DNA of 64,000 bases from contig OY288106.1 of the NCBI GenBank assembly GCA_958431155.1, positions 486,527 through 550,526 on the forward strand, read 5' to 3'. Each line of letters starts with the position of its first letter. Position 1 is the first letter of the stretch. The notes beneath the pieces were generated by a model. The model saw only the letters and a list, made by a program, of their open reading frames with translations. It did no database searches and was not told where the DNA came from. The position numbers and the translations under genes are program-made. This document shows, in pieces, positions 34,256 to 43,045 of the stretch. The DNA is from an uncultured candidatus Porisulfidus sp. (GTDB lineage Bacteria; Pseudomonadota; Gammaproteobacteria; Poriferisulfidales; Poriferisulfidaceae).

Positions 34256-35299
34256 ATGAACGCTTCGACCGCTCCGTCCGCCTCTTCCCAGTCGCCGCTG
34301 GACCGCTTCGGCCGTTCGCTGCACGACTTGCGGATCTCGGTGACCGACCGCTGCAATTTCCGCTGCACCTACTGCATGCCGAAGGAGGTCTTCAATTCCG
34401 ATTACGTCTTCCTGGAGCGTTCCCGGTTGCTGACTTTCGAGGAAATCGAGCGACTGGCCCGCATCTTCGCGGGGCTGGGGGTGGCCAAGCTGCGCCTGAC
34501 CGGTGGCGAACCTCTCCTCAGGCGGAACCTGGATAATCTCGTCGGGCGCTTGGCCGGGATTCCGGGAATAGAGGACATCTGCCTGACGACCAACGGATCC
34601 CTGCTGACCGGCGAGGCGGCTGCGCGCTTGGCCGAAGCCGGGCTCAACCGGATCACGATCAGCCTCGACGGATTGGACAACGAAGTATTCCAAAGCCTCT
34701 CCGACGTACAGCGTCCGGTCGACGAAGTGCTGGCGGCCATCGACCACGCCGCCGCGGCCGGCCTCGGACCGGTCAAGATCAACATGGTCGTCAAGCGTGG
34801 CGCCAACGAGGACCAGATCCTGCCGATGGCGGAGCATTTCCGGGGCACGGGGCATATCCTCCGCTTCATCGAATACATGGATGTCGGCAACGCCAACGAC
34901 TGGAAGCTTGATCAAGTCATGCCCGCCGAAGAGGTCCTTCGGATGATCGGCGGGCAATGGCCGGTCGAATCCGCGGACCCGAATTACCCGGGAGAAGTCG
35001 CGCGGCGCTGGCGCTACCGGGACGGGCAGGGCGAGTTCGGCGTGATCGCGTCCGTGACCCAGCCGTTTTGCGGCGGCTGCCACCGCGTGCGGCTGAGTGC
35101 GGACGGTATGCTGTACACCTGCCTGTTCGCGTCAGACGGACACGACCTGAAGAGTCTGTTGCGTTCAGGGGCGGACGATGCGGCGCTGCGGCGCGATCTG
35201 ATCCGCTTGTGGAAAAACCGGGGGGACCGTTATTCCGAACTTCGTACCGAAGAGACGTCCCGGATGAAGAAAGTGGAGATGTCGTATATCGGTGGCTGA
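34256..35299 (+). CDS. moaA: GTP 3',8-cyclase MoaA
   Basis: CNFRCTYC, RLTGGEP, CGGCHR...C, C-terminal IGG. Confidence 0.97.
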   Translation: MNASTAPSASSQSPLDRFGRSLHDLRISVTDRCNFRCTYCMPKEVFNSDYVFLERSRLLTFEEIERLARIFAGLGVAKLRLTGGEPLLRRNLDNLVGRLAGIPGIEDICLTTNGSLLTGEAAARLAEAGLNRITISLDGLDNEVFQSLSDVQRPVDEVLAAIDHAAAAGLGPVKINMVVKRGANEDQILPMAEHFRGTGHILRFIEYMDVGNANDWKLDQVMPAEEVLRMIGGQWPVESADPNYPGEVARRWRYRDGQGEFGVIASVTQPFCGGCHRVRLSADGMLYTCLFASDGHDLKSLLRSGADDAALRRDLIRLWKNRGDRYSELRTEETSRMKKVEMSYIGG

Positions 35300-35300
35300 A

Positions 35301-35816
35301 TCATTCGCCGAGGCGCGGCATCAGTTCGACCAGGTTGCAGGGACGGGTCCGGTAGTCCAGTTGCTTTTCGATCAATTTCTCCCACGCGTCCCGGCATGCG
35401 CCCGGAGAGCCGGGCAGGCAGAACAAGTAGCGACGGTTGGCGACGCCGGCCATGGCCCGGGACTGAAGCGTGGATGTCCCGATGATTTCATACGAAAGCG
35501 ATCGGAACATTTCCCCGAAGCCGTCGATTCTCTTGTCCAACAGGGGGGCGACCGCCTCCGGTGTCCCGTCCCGTCCCGTCACGCCGGTCCCTCCGGTCGT
35601 CAGGATCACCTGGACGTCCGGGTCGACCAGCCAGGCCGAAACCCGGGCCCGGATCTGGTAGACGTCGTCCGCGACCAGATCCCGCGCCGCCAGCCGGTGC
35701 CCGGAAGCCTCAAGCTTCCCGACCAGCAGATCGCCGGATTTGTCCTGGCTGGCGTCCCGGCTGTCGGAAACCGTCAGTACGGCAATACCAAGAGAAATAA
35801 ATTCACGGTCTATCAT
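35301..35816 (-). CDS. moaB: Molybdenum cofactor biosynthesis protein MoaB
   Basis: AVLTVSD, DKSG, TTGGTGVTGRD.TPEA, LPGSPGAC, RPCN. Confidence 0.95.
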   Translation of the reverse strand: MIDREFISLGIAVLTVSDSRDASQDKSGDLLVGKLEASGHRLAARDLVADDVYQIRARVSAWLVDPDVQVILTTGGTGVTGRDGTPEAVAPLLDKRIDGFGEMFRSLSYEIIGTSTLQSRAMAGVANRRYLFCLPGSPGACRDAWEKLIEKQLDYRTRPCNLVELMPRLGE

Positions 35817-35862
35817 TGAGTTACGTCTGTTTCCTGAAGTATTGATTATATTCTGGATATCG

Positions 35863-35887
35863 GTAAAACCAACCAGGTTGGTTTTAC
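35863..35887. promoter_or_regulatory. 25-bp perfect palindrome, putative operator upstream of moaB
   Basis: GTAAAACCAACC-A-GGTTGGTTTTAC; minus-strand TATAAT at ~35846-35851. Confidence 0.6.
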
Positions 35888-35906
35888 GGCCTCCCGGCTT
35901 TCATCA

Positions 35907-36596
35907 TTATAAGGCGGTGCGGCTGGCTTGGATTTGCTGGATTTCCTTGGCAGAAATTCGCCCTTGGTGCAGCACGCTGGCCACCAGGGCGTCCATCCCG
36001 GCGTCCAGAAGTCGCTGGGCGTCGTCCGCATTCCGGACTCCACCGGCTGCGGTTAGCCTGCAATCAGGCCGGATCATCCGGATTTGCTCCAAAAGTTCGA
36101 AATCCGGCCCTTCCATGGAGCCGACCCGGTGCAGGCACATGACGATGACGCGAGCAGGCCAGGAGTCAGGCTTCGCCCAGATCCCGGTGCCGCCGCGCAA
36201 GCCCTCCCGGTCGAAGTCAAGCGACAGGATCACACGATCATCGTGGTGGGTCCAATCGCACGCAAATTCGGTTCCGAGAACCGGGCGAAAATTGTCTGGA
36301 AAGGTCTCTCCCGGCCCTGGGGGCGGTCCAGCATCCACCCAGAACTCAACAGCCGGATACTGGCGGCATAGTTCTACAATGAGCCGGCGCTGGGTGGGCT
36401 TGCCCATGATGGCGTCGAGGTCGGCCAGATAGAAAATCGGAAAAGGAGCGAATCGGAGCAGGTCATCGATCACCTGGACAGGGTTCACGCTGCGTGTCAG
36501 GGTGGACTGGATCGGCTCATAGAGCGCGCGGTCGCCTCCCGCGGCCTGCACGACCTGTCCCTGTCGGATGTCAAGCACGGGAATGATGCGGCACAT
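35907..36596 (-). CDS. HisA/HisF-like TIM barrel (Orf17-type, H4MPT/methylofuran-associated)
   Basis: IIPVLDIRQGQVVQA.GGDR..YEPI, YLADLDAI, WVDAG, RVGS.EGPD, AAGGVR. Confidence 0.85.
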   Translation of the reverse strand: MCRIIPVLDIRQGQVVQAAGGDRALYEPIQSTLTRSVNPVQVIDDLLRFAPFPIFYLADLDAIMGKPTQRRLIVELCRQYPAVEFWVDAGPPPGPGETFPDNFRPVLGTEFACDWTHHDDRVILSLDFDREGLRGGTGIWAKPDSWPARVIVMCLHRVGSMEGPDFELLEQIRMIRPDCRLTAAGGVRNADDAQRLLDAGMDALVASVLHQGRISAKEIQQIQASRTAL

Positions 36597-36600
36597 GGGG

Positions 36601-37530
36601 ATGAAGGTTTTTATTTTCGAGTACGTTTGCGGCGGGGGCTTTCAGGGCGACTCGCCGTCCCCGGACTTGCTTCGGCAGGGGCGCGAGATGCTGCAAGCGG
36701 CACTCGCGGACTTTTCGCGTCTGCCGGATTCGGTGCAAGTTTATACCCTGATCGAAGAACGGTTCGCATTCGACTTGCCAGAAAGGGTGCAGGGCTGGAA
36801 TCCCGATGGCCCGTGGCACGATGCCTGGCTGGACCTCGTTCGCCACTGCGATGCGATTTTGGTGATCGCTCCTGAAAGTGAAGGCCAGCTTGAGCGTCTG
36901 TGCGAGGAAGTATTGGACGAAGATCGGAAGAATCTGAATTGCTCGCTTGAGGCGATTCGTCTGGCCGCAGACAAATGGGCGCTCAACCGCCAGCTCCAGA
37001 CGGCCGGCATTCCCGCAGTAGATACGCGGGTGTGGGCCCCGCCGGAACCACTGCCTGAGCAAGGCGTGATCAAGCCCCGTTATGGGGCCGGCTGCGAGGA
37101 AACGTTCGTGCTGGGTGCAGAGCCCGGCTTGCTGGCTTTGGACCCTGAGGATCCGTGGGTGTGGCAGCCCTGGGTTCCCGGAGAGGCAGTCAGCCTGAGC
37201 CTGTTGGCCGGGGAAGGCGAAGTGGAAGTCCTGTCCTGCAATAGAATTCATTGCAAGAACCAGGAGGGGCAACTGCATGTACAAAGGATTGAAACCGGTG
37301 GACTCGATGGGAACCCGCGATTCAGGGGGACGGCACAGGTTGTGGCCTCCCAGATCATGGCCGCGGTGCCGGGGCTGCGGGGCTACATTGGCGTGGACGG
37401 AATGTGGCAGGGGGATTCGCTGACCGTGCTGGAGATCAATCCGCGCCTGACCCTGACGTATGCCGGATTGTCGGTGCCGCTCGCCGAGCGGATGCTCCGG
37501 CTCTTTGACTGTGCGGGGATTCCGGCATGA
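36601..37530 (+). CDS. ATP-grasp ligase (Orf1 / MfnD-like)
   Basis: FIFEYVCGGG, LVIAPE, AADK, IKPRYGAGC, GYIGVD, LEINPRLT. Confidence 0.85.
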   Translation: MKVFIFEYVCGGGFQGDSPSPDLLRQGREMLQAALADFSRLPDSVQVYTLIEERFAFDLPERVQGWNPDGPWHDAWLDLVRHCDAILVIAPESEGQLERLCEEVLDEDRKNLNCSLEAIRLAADKWALNRQLQTAGIPAVDTRVWAPPEPLPEQGVIKPRYGAGCEETFVLGAEPGLLALDPEDPWVWQPWVPGEAVSLSLLAGEGEVEVLSCNRIHCKNQEGQLHVQRIETGGLDGNPRFRGTAQVVASQIMAAVPGLRGYIGVDGMWQGDSLTVLEINPRLTLTYAGLSVPLAERMLRLFDCAGIPA

Positions 37531-38567
37531 ACGATGTAATGGGCTGGGACATCGGGGGCGCCCACGTCAAGGCGGTGCAGGTGGATGAGAGCGGGCGGGC
37601 TCTGCAGGCCTGGCACCGGATGGTGCCGCTGTGGAAAGGCCTGGACCGTTTCGCGGAGGCGGTGGGCGGAATCCGCGAGGAGGCAGGCGGACAGGGTTTG
37701 CGGCACGCCGTCACGATGACGGGGGAGTTGGCGGACATCTTCCCGACGCGCGCTGAAGGAGTGCGCCGAATCGTCCATTGCCTCGCGCAGGTTTTGTCTG
37801 GCGATGCCCTTTCTTATTTCTCGACTGGTTCGGAGTTCGTCGAGGATCCAGTACGGCATGCGCACATGATTGGTTCCATGAACTGGTATGCCTCGGCACG
37901 GCTGATCGCGCGCTTCGTCGGGCAGGGTGTGTTCGTGGATATTGGAAGCACCACGACGGACTTGGTTCGGATTCGGGGGCACCAAGCGGTGGCGACCGGG
38001 TTCAGCGATGCGGAACGCTTGGCCTACCAGGAACTCCTGTACACCGGCGTGGCCCGGACGCCACTGATGAGCCTGGCGGCTCAAATAGAAGTGGGAGGGA
38101 CTCCCTGCAACCTGATGGCAGAGCATTTTGCGACTACCGCGGATGTCTACAACCTGCTCGGGCAATTGCCGGACAATCTGTACCCCTTCGACACGGCGGA
38201 CGGCACCGGATGCTCCGAGTTCGAGTCGGCCCGACGGATCGCCCGGATGATTGGGTGGGACTGCGAAGAGGGCGCGAATCTGGACGAATGGATTCGACTG
38301 GCACGGATTTTCGCCGACCTGCAGCAGAGCCGGATCCTGGAAAGCCTGCGTGTGCACGTATCCGAGGGTTCGTCGGGAGTACTGGTCGGTGCGGGCACCG
38401 GGCGATTTTTGCTGCCATCGCTTGCTGACCGCTGCGGCCTGGTGTACCAGGACGTCGATGTCCTGCTCAAGTCCCGCGTTGCCACGAAAGGAACCTTCAC
38501 CTTGGCGGACTGCTTGCCGGCCTATTCCGTTGCCGAGTTGTACCGGCTCGAACATGCGTCTCGTTGA
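37527..38567 (+). CDS. Hydantoinase/oxoprolinase-like protein (Orf9 / MfnF-like, H4MPT-linked C1 pathway)
   Basis: GWDIGGAHVK, AVTMTGELADIF, SMNW, VDIGSTTTD, LLYTGVARTP, DTADG. Confidence 0.88.
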   Translation: MNDVMGWDIGGAHVKAVQVDESGRALQAWHRMVPLWKGLDRFAEAVGGIREEAGGQGLRHAVTMTGELADIFPTRAEGVRRIVHCLAQVLSGDALSYFSTGSEFVEDPVRHAHMIGSMNWYASARLIARFVGQGVFVDIGSTTTDLVRIRGHQAVATGFSDAERLAYQELLYTGVARTPLMSLAAQIEVGGTPCNLMAEHFATTADVYNLLGQLPDNLYPFDTADGTGCSEFESARRIARMIGWDCEEGANLDEWIRLARIFADLQQSRILESLRVHVSEGSSGVLVGAGTGRFLLPSLADRCGLVYQDVDVLLKSRVATKGTFTLADCLPAYSVAELYRLEHASR

Positions 38568-39912
38568 GTTGCCGTGGCAGGCGGATCCGACACGCCGCTT
38601 CAGTAGGTTTGCCGACCGGCCTTGGGCGGTTTTACTGGACAGTTGCCATGACCAGAGCGGCCAAGGCCGCTTTGATATTTTTTCGGCTGAGCCGTACGCG
38701 ACTTTCGAGTGTACTGGCCGGCAGGCGGTTTTGACGCGGGGAGGCGAGAGGCAGGTCCTGCGCGGCAACCCCTTCCGCCTGCTCACCGAACTGCTCGGGC
38801 CGCCGGCAGAGGGAGACGCGCGGATTCCCTTCTGCGGTGGTGCGATCGGCTACCTGTCTTACGAGTTTGGCCGGGCGTGCGTCAGCCTAACCTCCCCTCG
38901 GACTGGCATGCCGGATTATCCGGAGTTGGCGGTAGGCTTGTATGACTGGTCGGTCGTCAGCGACCATCAGGAACAGCGCTGCTATCTGGCGACGCACGAC
39001 CGCATTCCCGCGACCCGGCTCGTCTGGGAGGACTTGTGCGGCCGGCTGCTCGACGAGCCTTCTGCCCGGGAGTACCCGTACCGGGTGCTGGAGTCGCTGC
39101 ATTCGGATTTCACGCAAGAGACCTATGCGGAAGCGTTTCAGGCTGTCCGAAACTACATCGAAGCGGGTGATTGCTACCAAGTCAACTTGGCGCAGCGTTT
39201 TTCAGCACCGAGCGAAGGCCGGCTATGGACGGCCTACCGATACAGCCGGACGATTAATCCGGCGCCTTTCTCCGCCTACTTCAACCATCCGGAACTTGAA
39301 ATCGCCAGCGCCTCTCCGGAACGGTTCCTGGAGGTCACTGGCGGGCGAGTCGAGACCCGCCCCATTAAGGGGACGGCCCGCCGCATTCCCGGACAGGAAG
39401 AGCAGCAGCGCAATGAACTGAGGGAGAGCATGAAGGACCGCGCTGAGAATCTGATGATTGTGGATCTGTTGCGCAATGACCTGAGCAAGAACTGTGCATC
39501 GGGGACGGTCAAGGTGCCGGAACTGTTCAAGGTCGAGAGCTTCGCCACGGTGCACCACTTGATCAGCACAGTAACGGGGATGTTGCACGAGGGCCGGACG
39601 GCGTTGGATCTTCTTGAGGGGTGTTTCCCCGGAGGGTCGATCACCGGAGCCCCGAAACGCCGGGCCATGGAAATCATCGAGGAGTTGGAGCCGAGGCCGA
39701 GAGGCGTGTATTGCGGCAGCCTCGCCTACGTTGGCTTCGACGGGAACATGGACAGCAGCGTTGCGATCCGCACGATGGTGCAGGCGGCAGGGGAGACCAG
39801 CCTGTATGCGGGCGGTGGGCTGACGCATGGATCGCAAATGGACTCGGAGTACCAGGAATGTTTGGATAAGGCCGCGGCCATGCGGGAGGCTCTGGAAAGA
39901 TACAGGGCGTGA
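38554..39912 (+). CDS. pabB: Aminodeoxychorismate synthase component I
   Basis: LLDS, GDCYQVNLAQRF, SPERFL, RPIKGT, FPGGSITGAPK. Confidence 0.92.
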   Translation: MRLVELPWQADPTRRFSRFADRPWAVLLDSCHDQSGQGRFDIFSAEPYATFECTGRQAVLTRGGERQVLRGNPFRLLTELLGPPAEGDARIPFCGGAIGYLSYEFGRACVSLTSPRTGMPDYPELAVGLYDWSVVSDHQEQRCYLATHDRIPATRLVWEDLCGRLLDEPSAREYPYRVLESLHSDFTQETYAEAFQAVRNYIEAGDCYQVNLAQRFSAPSEGRLWTAYRYSRTINPAPFSAYFNHPELEIASASPERFLEVTGGRVETRPIKGTARRIPGQEEQQRNELRESMKDRAENLMIVDLLRNDLSKNCASGTVKVPELFKVESFATVHHLISTVTGMLHEGRTALDLLEGCFPGGSITGAPKRRAMEIIEELEPRPRGVYCGSLAYVGFDGNMDSSVAIRTMVQAAGETSLYAGGGLTHGSQMDSEYQECLDKAAAMREALERYRA

Positions 39913-39978
39913 AGGGACTAAGGGGGGGAAAGAGAAATCTATGTATGATAAGCACACTTGATGCTTGCGGGGCTTATC

Positions 39979-42897
39979 ATGCGTCTTACTAAACTTTTTG
40001 TTGTTCCCAGTTGTTTCCTGGCTGCGGTTTTCTGTGGCAATACCTTAGTTTTGGCTGAGGAGGAAGAGGCGGAGAAGATCACTGTTGTCGGTACTCGTAG
40101 CCACGAGCGGTCGGCAGCCGACTTGGCGGTTCCGGTGGATACGCTTGATTCCACCTCGCTACTCCGACAAGGCGCGTCACGGATGGAGGACATGCTGTCC
40201 CGGATAGCGCCGTCGTTCACCGTGGCCTTGGAGCCGATCGGCGATGCGGCGACCTTGGTACGACCTGCCAACATGCGCGGCCTCCCGCCGGATTCGACGT
40301 TGGTCTTGGTCAACGGCAAGCGCCGTCACCGATCCTCGGTCATCACGTTCTTGGGCAACGGCCTGAACGACGGGTCGCATGGGGCCGACCTTTCGGCCAT
40401 TCCCGCCATCGCTCTTGACCGGGTGGAGATTCTGCGCGACAACGCAGGGGCGCAGTATGGATCCGACGCGGTCGCCGGAATCATAAACTTCGTATTGAAA
40501 GAGGATTCCGAAGGAGGAAGCCTGGATGTCCGTTGGGGCCAGTACTACTACGGCGACGGCGAGAACATCACGATAGCCGGCAATGTCGGCCTGCCACTGA
40601 CGGAAAATGGATTTCTGAACCTCAGCGCGGAGTACAACGAAGCCGATCCGACCAGTCGCAGCTCGCAGAGCGATCGATCGAACTATCTGATCAACGCGGG
40701 CAACCCGCACGTGCGAATGCCTGCGGCAATGGTCTGGGGGGCTCCGGACATCAAGGACAACTACAAGCTATTCGCAAATGCCGCCATCGGGCTGGGCGAT
40801 CTGCATGAGGCCTATGCGTTTGGCAATTACGCCGAACGTACCGTGGAGGGCGGGTTTTATTACCGTAGTCCTCGGCGGCGCACCGGGATTTTCGCGGGCG
40901 ATGTGACCCGTCCCGATGCCATCTCGGACGAGCAGCGGGACTCCCTCGTGATCGACCAGATGCCTTGGGAAACCCTTCCCAGTGGGTGCGTGGCGCCTAC
41001 CCTGGAGGATTCGGCCCAGGGCTTGGTGGAGAGGGAGGACCTAAATGCTCCTGGGAGTGAGCGATGCTACGCCTTCAACCTCAGGTTCCCGGCCGGTTTC
41101 ACGCCGCAATTCGGCGGCGATGTCGAGGATACGAGTATTGCGTTCGGTATTCGCGGAGAATTGGCGGAAGACTTCACCTACGATTTCAGTGGCGTGTATG
41201 GCCGACACGAAGTCGATCACTTCATCAAGAACACGATCAATCCGCAGCTGGCGGCGCAGGAGAACGACATTCCGACTTCATACAACCCGGGCGGCTACGT
41301 TGAGACCGACTACACGTTCAATCTCGACTTCACGACGCAAGTCGATGTTGATGCCTTCTATTCTCCATTACATGTCGGATTCGGCGTGGAATACCGGGAG
41401 GAGGAATTCGAGACGAAACGCGGCGAGCTTAATTCCTGGTTCATCGATTACTACTCAACTGACTTGAACGAGGATGGTGATGCTACTACTAGCGATGTCG
41501 GCGAATTCGAAGAGCCGGCAAACCTGGCGTCGATGACCTGCGAGGAATATCAGGACTACAGTGCCCGGACAGACCTGGTGACGAAGTATCAGGCCTTGGG
41601 GGTCGGCTCCAATGGCTTTACCGGATTTCCGCCCTGCGCGGAAGGCAAGGAAGACCGTTCCAGTATCGGGGCCTACATCGACTTCGAGTCGGACGTGACA
41701 GAAAACTTGCTGCTGGGCTTGGCGGTCCGGCATGAAGATCCAGAAGAATTCGACTCGACCTTGGACAGCAAGTTCTCTGCTCGGCTCCAGGCGACGGAAG
41801 ATCTCGCCCTGCGGGGTTCGGTCGGCACTGGCTTCCGGGTGCCGACGGTGGGTCAGGCGAATGTGCAGAACGTCACGACGGGCATTTCGGAAGGACAGCT
41901 GATCGACCAGCTCACACTGCCCCCGACGCACGTATTGTTGCAAGGGGTCGCCGAGCCGCTGGATGCGGAGGAATCGACCAGTTTCGGGTTGGGTGCCGTC
42001 ATCAATGTTGGCGGCTTTGACCTGACCATCGACTACTACCACATCGAGGTCGACGATCGGATCGGATCCACCTCCAAGGAGCCGATTGATTGCTTGCTGA
42101 TGAGGAAAGTCGGTGCAACAGGGGACTGCGTCAGTCTCCCCGAAAGTAAAAGTACAAATTTTGATGGCATGAACGACGAAAAAAAAGCACAGATGTCAGA
42201 AGATGCATCTACCGTGATGGCAAGTGGCGCGTCCCGCAAATTCAGTCATGTCCTGGACTCAGTGGTTGACGATGACCCAACGGCACTGAGCGGCGACGAA
42301 AGGGACCTGTTGGAAAAGGCGTTAACGGAAAGAGAGGCGTTGCGCTCCGAGGTGCCGGCCATCGACGCCATCGGCGAGGCGAAATATTTTGCCAACGACT
42401 TTGACACGACCACCGAAGGGATCGATGTCGTGGCGACCTATCCGATGGAATTCCTGGACGGGCTGACTACGCTGACCCTCGCGGCGAACTGGAACCGGAC
42501 GAAAGTTGACAAGTTCAATCCCCGAACCATTGACGCCAAAAAGAAACACATCATCGAAGACGGGCGGCCGAAAGTCCGCTGGACCTTTACAGCCGACCAC
42601 GAATCCGGCCCGTGGCAGATCCTGGGCCGCTTGCGCTACTACGGAGCTCATGTGGATTACGCGGGGGCGGGTCTGGACAACGACATGATGAAGGCCGAAG
42701 CCCGTACACTCGTGGACTTTGAGGCGGCGTATCATTTCACGGACAACTTCGCTTTGGCTTTCGGTGCAGAGAACCTGTTTGACAACGAACCGACGCGACA
42801 CAAGTTTGAAGGATTCTACGGGAACCGCTACCCCGAATCCACGCCGTTCGATTTCAATGGCGGATTCTATTACGCCAAGGCCATGCTGAACTTCTAA
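39979..42897 (+). CDS. TonB-dependent receptor
   Basis: Signal peptide, TonB box ITVVGTR, plug (LVLVNGKRRH, RVEILRD..YGSDAVAG), C-terminal aromatic F. Confidence 0.93.
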   Translation: MRLTKLFVVPSCFLAAVFCGNTLVLAEEEEAEKITVVGTRSHERSAADLAVPVDTLDSTSLLRQGASRMEDMLSRIAPSFTVALEPIGDAATLVRPANMRGLPPDSTLVLVNGKRRHRSSVITFLGNGLNDGSHGADLSAIPAIALDRVEILRDNAGAQYGSDAVAGIINFVLKEDSEGGSLDVRWGQYYYGDGENITIAGNVGLPLTENGFLNLSAEYNEADPTSRSSQSDRSNYLINAGNPHVRMPAAMVWGAPDIKDNYKLFANAAIGLGDLHEAYAFGNYAERTVEGGFYYRSPRRRTGIFAGDVTRPDAISDEQRDSLVIDQMPWETLPSGCVAPTLEDSAQGLVEREDLNAPGSERCYAFNLRFPAGFTPQFGGDVEDTSIAFGIRGELAEDFTYDFSGVYGRHEVDHFIKNTINPQLAAQENDIPTSYNPGGYVETDYTFNLDFTTQVDVDAFYSPLHVGFGVEYREEEFETKRGELNSWFIDYYSTDLNEDGDATTSDVGEFEEPANLASMTCEEYQDYSARTDLVTKYQALGVGSNGFTGFPPCAEGKEDRSSIGAYIDFESDVTENLLLGLAVRHEDPEEFDSTLDSKFSARLQATEDLALRGSVGTGFRVPTVGQANVQNVTTGISEGQLIDQLTLPPTHVLLQGVAEPLDAEESTSFGLGAVINVGGFDLTIDYYHIEVDDRIGSTSKEPIDCLLMRKVGATGDCVSLPESKSTNFDGMNDEKKAQMSEDASTVMASGASRKFSHVLDSVVDDDPTALSGDERDLLEKALTEREALRSEVPAIDAIGEAKYFANDFDTTTEGIDVVATYPMEFLDGLTTLTLAANWNRTKVDKFNPRTIDAKKKHIIEDGRPKVRWTFTADHESGPWQILGRLRYYGAHVDYAGAGLDNDMMKAEARTLVDFEAAYHFTDNFALAFGAENLFDNEPTRHKFEGFYGNRYPESTPFDFNGGFYYAKAMLNF

Positions 42898-42938
42898 GTT
42901 TTGCAGACCCGCGCTTTCAGGCGGAATTGAGTGATATG

Positions 42939-42973
42939 TCGGGCGCAACCATCAGGTTGTGCCCGATCCTTTT
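42939..42973 (+). terminator. Rho-independent terminator
   Basis: TCGGGCGCAACC-atca-GGTTGTGCCCGA then TCCTTTT; second hairpin GCCTACG-gatt-CGTAGGC at 42990-43007. Confidence 0.7.
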
Positions 42974-43045
42974 GGGGCCTTGTTGAGTGGCCTACGGATT
43001 CGTAGGCGACTGATTCTATAAGTCTCTAGGCCGACAGGCGATGGT

